A stretch of 64,000 nt of DNA from Rebecca billardiae RCC1528 (lineage: Eukaryota; Protista; Haptophyta), in the NCBI GenBank assembly GCA_965240325.2, contig OZ251227.1, forward strand, positions 1 to 64,000, in the 5' to 3' direction. The position numbers and the translations under genes are program-made. Shown here piece by piece: positions 21,772 to 32,422 of this stretch (positions within the stretch are counted from its first letter, which is position 1; each line of letters begins with the position of its first letter). Below the pieces are notes generated by a model. That model was not told where the DNA came from. It worked only from the letters and a program-made list of their open reading frames with translations, and did no database searches.

Positions 21772-24700
21772 ATGGGCACGCCCGCGCCGCCCTCGCCGAT
21801 CGACTGGGGCGCGATCGGGCCGCTCTTCGACGAGAGCGTGCCGCCCACGCCGCCGATCCCGCCGCCGCGCTACCTCCCCGCCGAGGAGCGCGTCGTCTTC
21901 GAGCGCCTCGACCCCTTCGCCGCCGAGGACGACCTGCTGCTCGGCGGGTACGCGCCGCTGCAGCGCACCGCCGCCGCCGCGCGCTCCGCGGCCGAGACGG
22001 GCCCCGCGGCGGTGACCGCGGCGGCGCTGGAGGCGGAGGTGCGCACGGTGCCCTCGGCCGACGCGCCGCTCCCCACGCTCGACGAGCTCCGCGCCTGGCG
22101 CCGCGTCGGCCAGCGCACGGCCGCCGAGCGCGACGAGCCGTCGCTCGCCGAGCCGCGCGCGCGCGACGACGCGGCCGCGGCGGCCGCCGAGCTGCGCGGC
22201 GTGGACGGCCGGCTGCGCGCGCTGGCGCGCGCGCAGGTGGACCCGCTCTCCGCCCTCTCCGCCCGCGGCCGCTGCCCCTTCGTCGACCGCCTCGGCCTCG
22301 TCCTCGCCGAGCTGGACGGTCGGTTTGGGCTGAGCGTGCCGTTCGAGTGGGACTGGGACGAGGGCAAGGCGCTCGAGGACGACGCGCAGGAGCTGTGCTT
22401 CGCGGACGTGGGCGGCGCGCCGGGCGGCGCGGCGGAGTACGTGCTGTGGCGACGCGGGCCCAGGCGCGCGCGCGGCTGGGGGCTCTCGCCGCGCGCGCAC
22501 ACGCCCGAGCCCGCCGAGCCCGCGGACGCGGCGGCGGGCGGCGCCGGCCGCGGACGCGGCGGCGCGCGCGCGCGGCTCGGCGGCGCGCCCGCCGGCGCGG
22601 ACGGGTACGCGCTCGCGGCGTTCGGCGCGCACGCGCGGCCGACGCACGCGTTCGAGCCGTACTACGGCGTGGACGGCACCGGCTCGCTCCTCTCCTCCGA
22701 GAACCTCGACGCGTTTGCGCAGCGCGTGTGCGCGGCCACGCCCGCGCAGCTGGGCGTGCACCTGTGCGTGGGGTGCGTGGGCGGCGCGCACGCGCGCGCA
22801 CAGCACGCGCACACGCACGGGGGCGAGGGCGAGGAGGGCGAGGGCGCGGAGGCGGCGGCGGAGGACGACGCGGCGCTGGCCGACCGCGCCACGCGGCTGC
22901 TGCTCTGCCAGGCGCTGTGCGCGCTCGCGCTCGTGCGGCGCGGCGGCCGGCTCGCGCTGCGGCTGCCGAGCGCACTGCCCGGCTCGGACACGCGCGCGGC
23001 CGGCATCCTGTGGACGCTGCACACGCACTTTGCGGAGAGCGCGGTGGTGCTGCCGCTCGCGGCGGAGCCGTGCGACGCCGAGCGCTGGCTCGTCTGCCTC
23101 GGCCGGCGCGAGCAGACGCCCGCCATCGCGCGCTACCTGCACGAGGTGAGGCGCGCCCGCAGCGCACGCAGCGCGCAGCGCCCAGCGCGCAGCGCGCAGC
23201 GCACAGCGCACAGCACACAGCACACAGCACACAGAGCGCACCACCGCGCACCACCGCACGGCGCACGCTGAGCGCGGCCGCGCGCCCCGCGCGCCGCCGC
23301 GCAGATCAACGACAAGTGGGCCCGGCTCGAGCGCGCCGCGCGGCCGGCGCCGAGCCTGGGCGCGGCCCCCTGCTCCGGCTCGGCCGAGGCGGAGGCGGAG
23401 GCGGAGGCGGAGGCGGTGTGCGAGGTGGCGCCGTGGGCGCGCGTGGCCGCGGACGGCGCCTTCGTGGGGCTGCTGCGCGCCTCGGCGGACGCGAGCGCGG
23501 CGCTGGCGCTCTCCGCGCGCCGGGCGGTGCTGAAGCACGCGCGCGTGCTGCTCGAGGCCGAGCGCGCGGCCGACGAGGCCGCCGCCGCCGGCTCCGCCGC
23601 CGACGCGCCGCCTCCGCCCGCGCCGCCCGTGCCGCCGCGCGCGCGCGCTGAGCTCGAGCGGCGCGCGCTGCACGCGTGGCGGCTGCCGCACGCGGACGAG
23701 CTGGGCGGCGGCGGGGAGCGGCAGCCGCCGCCGCCGGAGCGCGCGGCGGCGGTCGCCGCGGCGAGCGCGCACGCGCCGCGCCCGGCCGCGCACCACCTCG
23801 GCCGGCCCGCCGCCGCCGCGGGCGGCGGGGCCGGCGGCTGCGGCGCGCCCGACGGCCGCGCGGGCGGCGGCGCCGCCGGCGGCTTGCCCCCTGCGCCGAG
23901 CAAGGCTGAGCAGGTGCGGAGGCGGAGGCGGAGGCGCGCGCGGAGCGCGCGCGCGCCCCGCGCGCGGCGCGTGCCTGACCCGCGCGCGAGCGTGCCCGCG
24001 CGCTGCGTGCGCTCGGCGGCAGGCGGCGCGCGCGCGCGAGCGCGGCGCGTGCTCGGCCTTCAGCGGACGCGCGGCGCGCGCGTGCGCCACGGCGAGCGGC
24101 GGCGGCGGCGGCGGCGGCGGCGGCACGGGCGGCGGCGATGGCGCCTCTTCGGCGGCGCTCGTGCGCCCGCGCGGCGTCGGCCTAACGGGCGGCGGCGCGC
24201 GCCCGCCCGTGCGCGGCGCTGCGTGCGCGCCCGCCCTCGACCTCACCTCCGCCTACTTGCAGCAGACCGACATCTCGGCGGCCGCGGCGATGACGGTGGG
24301 CGCGGGCGCGGGCGCGGGCGGTGCGGAGGCGTCGGTGGCGCGCTCGCACGACGCGTGCCAGAACTCGCCCACCTCCGGCGCCAACCTGCCGCCGCCCGTC
24401 GCGCACATGTCGAGCGGCTGCGCGATCTCACTCGCGGCGCAGCCGCAGCCGCCCGCGCCCGCGCACCCGCCGCACCCCGCCCAGCACGGCGCCCAGCACG
24501 GCGCCCAGCACGGCGCCCAGCACGGCGCGCCGGGCGGGTGCGCGTGCGCGGGCAGCGGCCGCGGCGCCGGCGGCTCGCCCAGCGGCTGCACGGGCGCCAT
24601 GTCGCCGCCGGCCGCGCGGCCGCAGGGCGCGGCCGCGGCGCCGCCGCCCGCGCGCGGACTGCCGCCCGCGCGCGCGCCCGCTCTGCCGCCGCGCGGGCCG

Positions 24701-25243
24701 GCGCCGCCGCCGCGCCCGGCGCGCCCCGACGGCAGCGCGCGCGGCGGCGGCGCGGGCTATGCCATCCCGCCGCCGCGCGCCAAGCCGGCCGCCGCGCTGC
24801 CGCCGCCGAGGCCGGCGCCGCCGCCCGCGCGGCCGATGGCGCCGCCGGCGCTTCCGCCGCGCCCCGCGCCCAAGCCGGCCGCGGGCGGCGCGTGCGGCGC
24901 GGGGTGCGCGGGCGCGCTGAGCATCACGCTCAGCGCGGGGCGCACGCCCGGCCGGGGCGGCGGCGCGGCGGCGGGCGGGCGCGCGGGCGCGCCCAAGCCG
25001 GCAGCGCCGCCCAAGGGCGGCGGCGCGACTGCGGTGCCCGTCGGCGGCACGCGGCTCGTGCTCACCGTCGGCGGCAAGGAGGGCGGCGGCGCGGGCCCCA
25101 AGCGCGCGCTGCCCGCGCCGGCCGAGCGCGAGGGCGGCGCCGGCGGCGCGGCGGGCGGCACGACGGTGCGGCTCAAGCTGCCCGGCGCTCCGGTCGGCTC
25201 CGCCGCGGCCGCCGAGCGAAAGCGCACCAAGCAGCAGCCGTGA
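21772..25243 (+). CDS. Cap1 2'-O-ribose methyltransferase (CMTR1/FtsJ)-like protein with Pro/Gly-rich tail; introns 23146-23304 and 23914-24022
   Basis: LCFADVGGAPGGAAEYVLWRR, FEPYYGVDGTG, LLLCQALCAL.LVRRGG and AERWLVCLG align with CMTR1 blocks. Confidence 0.75.
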
Positions 25244-26453
25244 CCGATATGAGCGGCCCGCAACTCGCCTCACGCCCACGGCCGCCCGCGTGGCAGCAGC
25301 GCCGCGACGCCTAGGGCTATGCGCTACTGCTACCGCTATGCGGCGCTATGCGGGTGACCATGCGCAGGCACCAGCGCGGCGCTGCGCCATCTCCGCGGCG
25401 GGCTCGTCCCACGGTCACCCGCGTCATATCAATCGCGTCCGCGTCTGTGAGTCGAGCCTCGAGGTCATCGATCGTGTCAGCCGACTCAGTCGCGCGTCAA
25501 CCGTGGTATATAGTCCGAGTATAACGTCACACTCGGACCGAGGCGCGACACTCATGCACTGCTAAGTGCTAGTGCTGCATCACGTTTCCGAGTGACACGC
25601 CGGTAGTGCTGACGCGGATCTATATCGGCGGATGATATTATTTACTCGGCGCCGCGGCCCGTCGCCGGACGGACCTGAGTCGTCGTCTGCTTTTCACTAC
25701 TAGTTCATCAGCCTAACATGATGATAGTACATCGTCGCCCGATGAGTCATCGGCGGGACCGCGCATATATAGACCTGCTATATTATATTGTCATAGCAGC
25801 AGCAGTAGTAGTAGTAGTACTGCTAGTAGCTGCTTTCGCGGAATCATCAGATTGACGCAGTAGTAGTACTACGTGCTATAGCGCTGCGCAGTCTCGCCCG
25901 CCGCGCGGCTCCTGCCGTCCTGCGACCAGGGTGCGCCGTGCGGCGACCGGCGTCGGCTGCGCTGGCGGGCGGCGCGCGGATCAGACTTGCCCGACCGCCG
26001 ACGCGCCGCCGCCGCGCCGCCGGCGCGGCGCCGGCCGCCCCGGGCCGGCGGGCCGGCGCCGGCCGGACCGTGGCACCCGCGGAGCACGCGAGTGACCGTG
26101 TCCGATCCCGACTCACTCATCGACATCATGATCAGGCGCCGGCGGTGCCGCGGACGGCGGCGGTGCGCACTATAAGTGTCTGCTGCTTGTCGACGGTCAC
26201 TGCAGACTACAGCATCGGCGGCGTGACTGCTACTCTCACCTCTCACCGTCACGGACACGGTCGGTCCCGTGCAGCTGGCGCGTCCGTGTCCGTTCCGCGA
26301 AGCCCGCGCATGCACTACGCCGCCGCCGGCCCGCCGGTAGCGGCGCGAGCCCGAGGCGTGGTCACGCAGGGAGACTGCCCGGACCCTGGGCGCTGGGCTG
26401 GCGTGAGTCTGGGCCGGAGTCGGCCGGGCGCCGCGGCTCGGCTCAGTGACGGC

Positions 26454-27208
26454 TCACTTCTGCAGCTCGGGCGGCAGCGTCACACTCACAGACACCATCT
26501 TCACGGGCGTGGTCGGCCTGTCGCTCCCGTCCGTCGCCGCGCTCTCGATGGCGCGCACGACGTCCTGCCCCGACGTCACGTGCCCAAACACCTGCCGCGC
26601 GCGGCGCGGCCGCGCGCGCCAGGCAGCGGCCGCCCTCAGCCGAGCACGAGCGCCGCCACCGCGCGCGTGCTTGCTGGCGCGTGCGCGAGCGCGACCGCGC
26701 GGCGCGGCGCGGCGCGGCGCACCGGGTGCTTGGACGAGCCCCCGCTGAACCAGTCGAGGAAGTCGTTGTGCTTCGTGTTCACGAAGAACTGCGAGCCGCC
26801 CGAGTTGGGCGCGCCCGTGTTGGCCATCGAGAGCGTGAACGGCTCGTTCGAGCGCTTCGAGGTGAACTCGTCCTTGATCGAGCCGTCGGCGAGGCGCGTG
26901 ACGGTGTCGCCAGTGAGGAGATTCTTGTACGTCGAGTTGGGCGGCGGGCCGCCCGTGCCTGCGTCGGGCGCGGCGGGGTTCTTCGCGTGCGGGCAGCCGA
27001 ACTGCAGCATGAAGTCCTTGATCACGCGGTGGAAGTGCACGCCGTTGTAGAAGCCGCCCTGCGCGAGGTCGACGAAGGAGGAGACGGTGAGCGGCAGCTC
27101 GGAGAGGTACAGCTCCGCCTCGAAGACGCCCATCGACGTCTCGAAGCGCACCACCGGCATCGGGCCCGCTGGCGGCGCCGAGGCGGCCTTGGAGCCGGCG
27201 CACCCCAT
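26454..27208 (-). CDS. Cyclophilin-type peptidyl-prolyl isomerase with MGC N-terminus; intron 26722-26592
   Basis: [41 protein letters not shown] and KHP|VFGHV after splicing. Confidence 0.93.
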
Positions 27209-27367
27209 TTCGGGACCGACCAAAGCAGCCCGCCGCCGCCGTTCCGCCCGCGCCATTATAAATATCCGTACCCTGGTCTGGTCCCTGGCCGCCCGGCTGG
27301 CCCCGTCCACGCGGAATTCGGTAACGAGCTGCTAAGGTACAAACCCCCAAATTCTGGAAACCCACGA

Positions 27368-27517
27368 GAACAAAGGCACGACTTCACGCTGGGGACCAGC
27401 CCGTCGCAGGCCTTTATTTGACGCCCCCCTAACCTGTCGGTCGAACAAAGGCACGACTTCACGCTGGGGACCAGCCCGTCGCAGGCCTTTATTTGACGCC
27501 CCCCTAACCTGTCGGTC
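27368..27517. repeat. Perfect 2 x 75-bp tandem repeat upstream of the cyclophilin
   Basis: GAACAAAGGCACGACTTCACGCTGGGGACCAGCCC...CCTAACCTGTCGGTC at 27368 and 27443. Confidence 0.95.
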
Positions 27518-28418
27518 ACATGAGCGCAATTCGCGTACCCGCTTACGCGCGCGATAGGGCAAAAGCCGCTCGTCGTTCGGTCAAAAACCGCTCGTCGTTC
27601 GGCGCTTTGCGTGCTCACATTCGCGCGAATCGCATCGGCCCATTATTCGTCGTGTCGCGAGTTCACACATTTCACGAGCGAAAGGGCGCGTTGATAGAGG
27701 CACGCGGGTATCATCTTGCATGGGACTACGAGCATCGGAGCAACCTCGCGCGGCCTCGCGTCGACGACGTCCCGTGAAGGACGCCACGACGACAGGCGGG
27801 TGAGCCCACTGCGGCGCCAAGCGAGCGACGCGGGGCGCGCGGCGGGCGCACGCGCGAGGCTGCCCACCACGCGCACGCGCGCGAACCCGCCGGCTCGGGC
27901 GACACGCGCCGCCTCAGCTCGAGCACGAGCGCGAGGCGTGGCGCCGGCTCGCCGTGGCGGCGGAGGGCTCGACCTGCATTGCGCGCGACGAGCGGCTCGC
28001 CTGCGGTGCCAGCGGATGAAGCGGCAAGCCCGGCGGGCGCATACGCGCAGGTCCGCCCTCCACGCGCGAGCGCGCGACTGCGTGTTCCACGAGCTGCAGC
28101 AGGCGGCCGCGGGCTGGTCGGCGGCCGGCGAGGTCGGCGGAGTGCCGCCCGGCCCGCGTTCTCGCTTGGGCGCGGGCCACACTCTCACTCACAGCGCGGG
28201 GCGTGGTGCTGCAGACGGGCCGGTCATTGCAGCGCGCACTCCGTGGTCAGACGTGCACACGCGCGCGCGTCGTCAGCCCCGCCGCTGCGCCCCTGTGGCG
28301 CCCTTGGCAGCGTCGGAATTCCGAGCTCGAGCCACCGGCCGCGAGCTGCCATCGTGCGTTTCAGAAACAGGTTTCCAGCCCAAGTTGACGCGCAGCGCCA
28401 ACCCATATCATGTGGGTA

Positions 28419-28943
28419 CAGGCAATCGCGGGCAATAAGAAGTCAGAGATCTCACGGCTAGCCTCGGTTTCTTAGCCGTTCGGTAGCCCGAGCGCCTACG
28501 GAGTCTCAGTTTCTTAGCTAGGTCCGCCCGCCGCGCAGGCGCGGGGGGCGCAGGGGGGCAGAGCCCCCCGCTGAGTCTTTAGGCCCGGCCGGCGAGGCCA
28601 ACGAAAATTTTGGGCCTTTTATTTTGGAGCAAATCTGGCATGATGTTGCATGGATGCTGCGGTGCACTGGCCAGGAGTCAGTCATCAGGAGAAGTCGGGA
28701 CTTGGCCTGTACTCGTAGTCGGGCCGCGCGCCGCGTCCGCCGTCCCCGACGGGCCGACTGCGCCTCGCCCCTCGGCGGACCACTCGACACTCGTCAGCCG
28801 GGACGACGTAGTCCCGGTTTCTTAGTGTGACTATGCGTATTAAGCGAACCAGCCAATCGCTAGCCTCAGTTTCTAGGCCAGATCCGCAGATAGCAAGCCC
28901 CAGTTTCTTAACGTGACAGCTCCTTATTGCCCGCGATTGCCTG
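28419..28943. mobile_element. MITE (Tc1/mariner-type), 525 bp
   Basis: Perfect 21-bp TIRs CAGGCAATCGCGGGCAATAAG / CTTATTGCCCGCGATTGCCTG, TA on both sides, and repeated subterminal C(A/G)GTTTCT(T)AG motifs. Confidence 0.9.
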
Positions 28944-29199
28944 TACTTGTCGTACGACCGAGTATCATAGTGTGATCATCAGCGGATCCGGATTTGATTC
29001 GCGGCGTCTTGCACGGCTAGTTGCACGCGTCAGCATCTGCTCGGCTCCGGGTCTGTCTTCTCGTACAGCGCGCGACTGAGTCCGATCCGGCGGCCTGACT
29101 GCAGACTGACGACGGACGTCAGTGCAGCTAATAATAGGCTGCTCTTCGCCTATACCGTATCATACGCCGATACGGCGTACTACGGGCAGAGGCGGTGCA

Positions 29200-29535
29200 C
29201 AGCCACGGGCGAGGCCGATGTCAGTCGGATGCTCCACGAGCCAACTCACCCGCGAGGCGGCGCCGGTCCTGAGGCGGAGGACGCGGCGGGGCCTGCGGTG
29301 AGATGGCGGAGCAACGTGACTCGGCGGCGCGCGCGGCAGACTGAGGGGCAGGGCAGCGGAGGCTGCTGTTCGCCGTCGAGCAGAGCGGCGCTGCACAGCA
29401 TGGCAGCCACGGGCGAGGCCGATGTCAGTCGGATGCTCCACGAGCCAACTCACCCGCGAGGCGGCGCCGGTCCTGAGGCGGAGGACGCGGCGGGGCCTGC
29501 GGTGAGATGGCGGAGCAACGTGACACGGCGGCGCC
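29200..29535. repeat. Direct repeat, two near-identical copies of about 130 bp with a 204-bp period
   Basis: CAGCCACGGGCGAGGCCGATGTCAGTCGGATGCTCC...GCAACGTGAC at 29200 and 29404. Confidence 0.92.
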
Positions 29536-29846
29536 CGCGGGGCATGCATGCGCACAGCGCAGCTGACCGCGCGGCGTGTGTGTGTGTGTGTGCGTGTGTT
29601 GTTGTGGCGTGTGTATGCGTCTGTGCGCGCTCGCGGGGCGTGCGCCCCGCGGATGGCTGACGCGCGGCTTGCGCAGCGGGCGGGCGGTCGGCGGCCATGG
29701 CGAGACCGTCCACGCGCCGCGTACGACCGCCGTCCGCGTCGTCGTCGGTGGCGGCGGCGTCGTCGTCGACGGCGCGGCGCAGCGGCGGGTGCGGTGCACC
29801 GCCGTGCACCGCGCGCGCGCACGCGCCCGTGCTTCGCCTCCGGCCC

Positions 29847-31538
29847 TCACGACTCCTGCATGAAGCCGATGGGCGCGGAGGCGCGCGGCGCGTCCGGCCC
29901 GTCGGCGCCGTGCGGCAGCTGGCAGGCCGGCAGCGCGCGTCCGTGTGCGTGGAGGTGCTGGTGGAAGGGCGAGAGCACCGGCGGCTGCGCGCCCGTGCAC
30001 GCGGGCCGCCCGCCGCCCAGCCCGGGCGCGTGCGCGCCGCCGGCCGCGGACAGGCGCGGCAGCGGCATCCCGCCGGGCATGCCGCCGTCCTCGGCGACGG
30101 GCGCGCTCCCGACGTCCGCCGCCATCGCCGCGTCCAGGCCGGCCGCGGAGAGGGCCGGGCGCGGCTCGGCGACGGCGGGGCCCCACACGGGCGGCTGCGC
30201 GCGCGCCGCGCAGCCCGGCACGCAGTTGGCGGCGGGGCCCCTGGGGCCTCCCGCGCCGAGGAGCGGCTGCGGCGGCACGGCCGCGCCCGCCGCCGCGGCC
30301 GCGCTCGCGCCGCCGCCGGCCGCGGCGGCCGCGGCGGCCGCGGCGGCGGTGGGCGCGAGCTGCTGCGCGATCACGCCGAGCGAGTGCGCGCCCGCCGCGC
30401 CCAGCTGCAGCACGTGCCGGTACTGCGGGAAGTTGAGCTCGCGGCCGAGGTTGTGCTCGATGATGAACGCGTCGTAGGCGAGCGCCGCCTCCTCCTCCGT
30501 CGCGTAGATCCCCAGGTGGTGGTACTTGCGCTTGGACATGCACGAGGCGCGCCACGGCCGCTGCGGGTTGGAGCGCGAGTGGTGCACGCCCGCAAACCGG
30601 GACGCGATGCCGCGCGTCGACTTGGAGGACGCCTTCGCGTCGGCGGCGGACATCTTGTCGTCGCTCTGGCTGGGGAAGTTGACGCGCCGCTCCAGCCCGC
30701 GGTCGCGCACGAAGTCGTCGTACACCTGTGCCGCCTCCTCCTGGCAGCGGAAGTAGCCGAGGTGGTGCTGCTTGCCCATCCAGTAGCACGCGGCCGTCCA
30801 CGGCTTGCGCTTCTTGCCCGAGCGGTGCACGCCCACAAACTTGGAGGACATGCGCGCGACGTCGGTGGCGGGGGAGACGGCGCCGCCGCCGGCGCCGCCG
30901 GCGCCACCGCCGGTCGCGCCGCTGCTGGGCGCGGGTGCACTCGCGCTCGCGGCGGCGGCCGCGGCGGCGGCGGCCGCTGCCGCCTGCGCTTGCGCTTGCG
31001 CGTGCGCCTGCGCTTGCGCCTGCGCTTGCGCGTGCGCTTGCGCCTGCGCCTGGGCCTGCACCTGGGCCTGGACCTGGGCGTGCGCCTGGGCCTGGGCGTG
31101 CGCCTGCGCCTGGGCGTGCGCGTGCGCGTGCGCTTGCGCTTGCGCTTGCGCTTGCGCTTGCGCTTGCGCGTGCGCTTGCGCCTGGGCATGCGCCTGGGCC
31201 TGGGCGGCGGCCTGCGCCGCTTGCGCGTGCGCGTGCGCCAGTGGCATGTGCGCGGGCACGGCCGAGCCCGAGGGGTAGCCTATGGCGGGGATGCACGCGC
31301 CCGCCATGCGGTTGGCGAGCGCCCCGTAACCGCCGCCGACGCCGACGCCCGTCGCGCCGGCGCCCACGCCCGCACTCGACGGGTGCGCGACAGGGCAGCC
31401 CGACACGAGCCCTGCGCACGAGCTGCCGCCGCCGTGCAGCGCAGAGCCGAGCGCGGCGCCGAGCGCGAGGAGGCGCGCGTGCTGGCTCGCGCCATCGTAG
31501 TCCACGCCACCGGCTGCGCCTAGACCGTCGTCCTCCAT
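29847..31538 (-). CDS. Transcription factor with two AP2/ERF-type DNA-binding domains and a (QA)n tract
   Basis: SSKFVGVH...WTA...HLGYF..QEEAAQVYD...VNFP and SRFAGVH...WRA...HLGIY.TEEEAALAYD...LNFP. Confidence 0.88.
   Translation of the reverse strand: MEDDGLGAAGGVDYDGASQHARLLALGAALGSALHGGGSSCAGLVSGCPVAHPSSAGVGAGATGVGVGGGYGALANRMAGACIPAIGYPSGSAVPAHMPLAHAHAQAAQAAAQAQAHAQAQAHAQAQAQAQAQAQAHAHAHAQAQAHAQAQAHAQVQAQVQAQAQAQAHAQAQAQAQAHAQAQAQAAAAAAAAAAAASASAPAPSSGATGGGAGGAGGGAVSPATDVARMSSKFVGVHRSGKKRKPWTAACYWMGKQHHLGYFRCQEEAAQVYDDFVRDRGLERRVNFPSQSDDKMSAADAKASSKSTRGIASRFAGVHHSRSNPQRPWRASCMSKRKYHHLGIYATEEEAALAYDAFIIEHNLGRELNFPQYRHVLQLGAAGAHSLGVIAQQLAPTAAAAAAAAAAGGGASAAAAAGAAVPPQPLLGAGGPRGPAANCVPGCAARAQPPVWGPAVAEPRPALSAAGLDAAMAADVGSAPVAEDGGMPGGMPLPRLSAAGGAHAPGLGGGRPACTGAQPPVLSPFHQHLHAHGRALPACQLPHGADGPDAPRASAPIGFMQES
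30985..31240 (-). repeat. Coding hexamer repeat encoding (Gln/His-Ala)n
   Basis: TGCGCT/TGCGCC/TGGGCC arrays on the plus strand, translating to QAQAHAQAQ on the minus strand. Confidence 0.9.
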
Positions 31539-32422
31539 GCCTCCTGGAATGGCCCTATGGTACACGGCGCGCGCGCAGCGCGTACCTGTACTGGTTCGTC
31601 GAGGTCGGGAGTTGCTCGGCAGGCTGGGATCAAGGATCACGGGCTCCCCGCCGTTCACGACGGTCCCAGAAGACTAAAAACCCGCTGAGATGGACTAAGA
31701 TCGCTTCAAGATTGTATCCGGGGTGTGTCGCCACGTCGCTCGTCTCGCCGCTCGAGCTATCCACTTCGCGGAAGGAGCCGAACCACCGAAAGCACGGGAG
31801 TCAGAGTGGTGAGTGAGATACATACCCAGATTCGAGAGCGGAGTGCGCTACATACGTAGAATTCAATCGATGCAATCTGTTGGTCGCAACCCTGCCATAC
31901 GCCGGTAAAAAAGCGTGTGTTAAACGCCATGGATCCAACCTGAACCCCTCCTCATACAGATCACCCCTCCCCATACAGATCACTCAAGGATTTAGTTAGG
32001 TGCGCGCAGCTTCACGCGCACGTCAATAGCTCTGACTGAGCTGCCAGTTTGAGTAGCTTACGGATGCAAGTATGATTATCATGATACTCACAGATGCCGT
32101 GGTTTCCCCGGGGGCTTGGGGAGGGGTTCATAGCCCTCTAAGCTAGTGCAACTCTTCATAATAATCATGCCTTCATAAGGGTTAACAGCGAAATCAAAGT
32201 TGTCACCGTCAAACGCCATCAAATACACATTTTGGCATTTCATGAGTAATCTCGCCCGATCTGAGTACTATTAGATATGATGACGATGATAACCGTGCAA
32301 GTTCAAACTCTGAAGGCAGGCCAGGCAACTACCGGAAGGCGCATGGGCGCATAGCCTCCGCCCAAGGTCCGCCTTGGCTTCCCAAAGTCCTCCACTCTCG
32401 TGGGCCGAGCACTGCCCCTGCA

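Noticed and set aside
27368-29535. Direct repeats as a CRISPR array
   Set aside because: Only two copies each, units too long, no spacer series, no cas genes, and a eukaryotic context.
32075-32130. U1 snRNA-like GTGGTTTCCCC segment
   Set aside because: Lacks the ATACTTACCTG 5' end and a recognisable Sm site.
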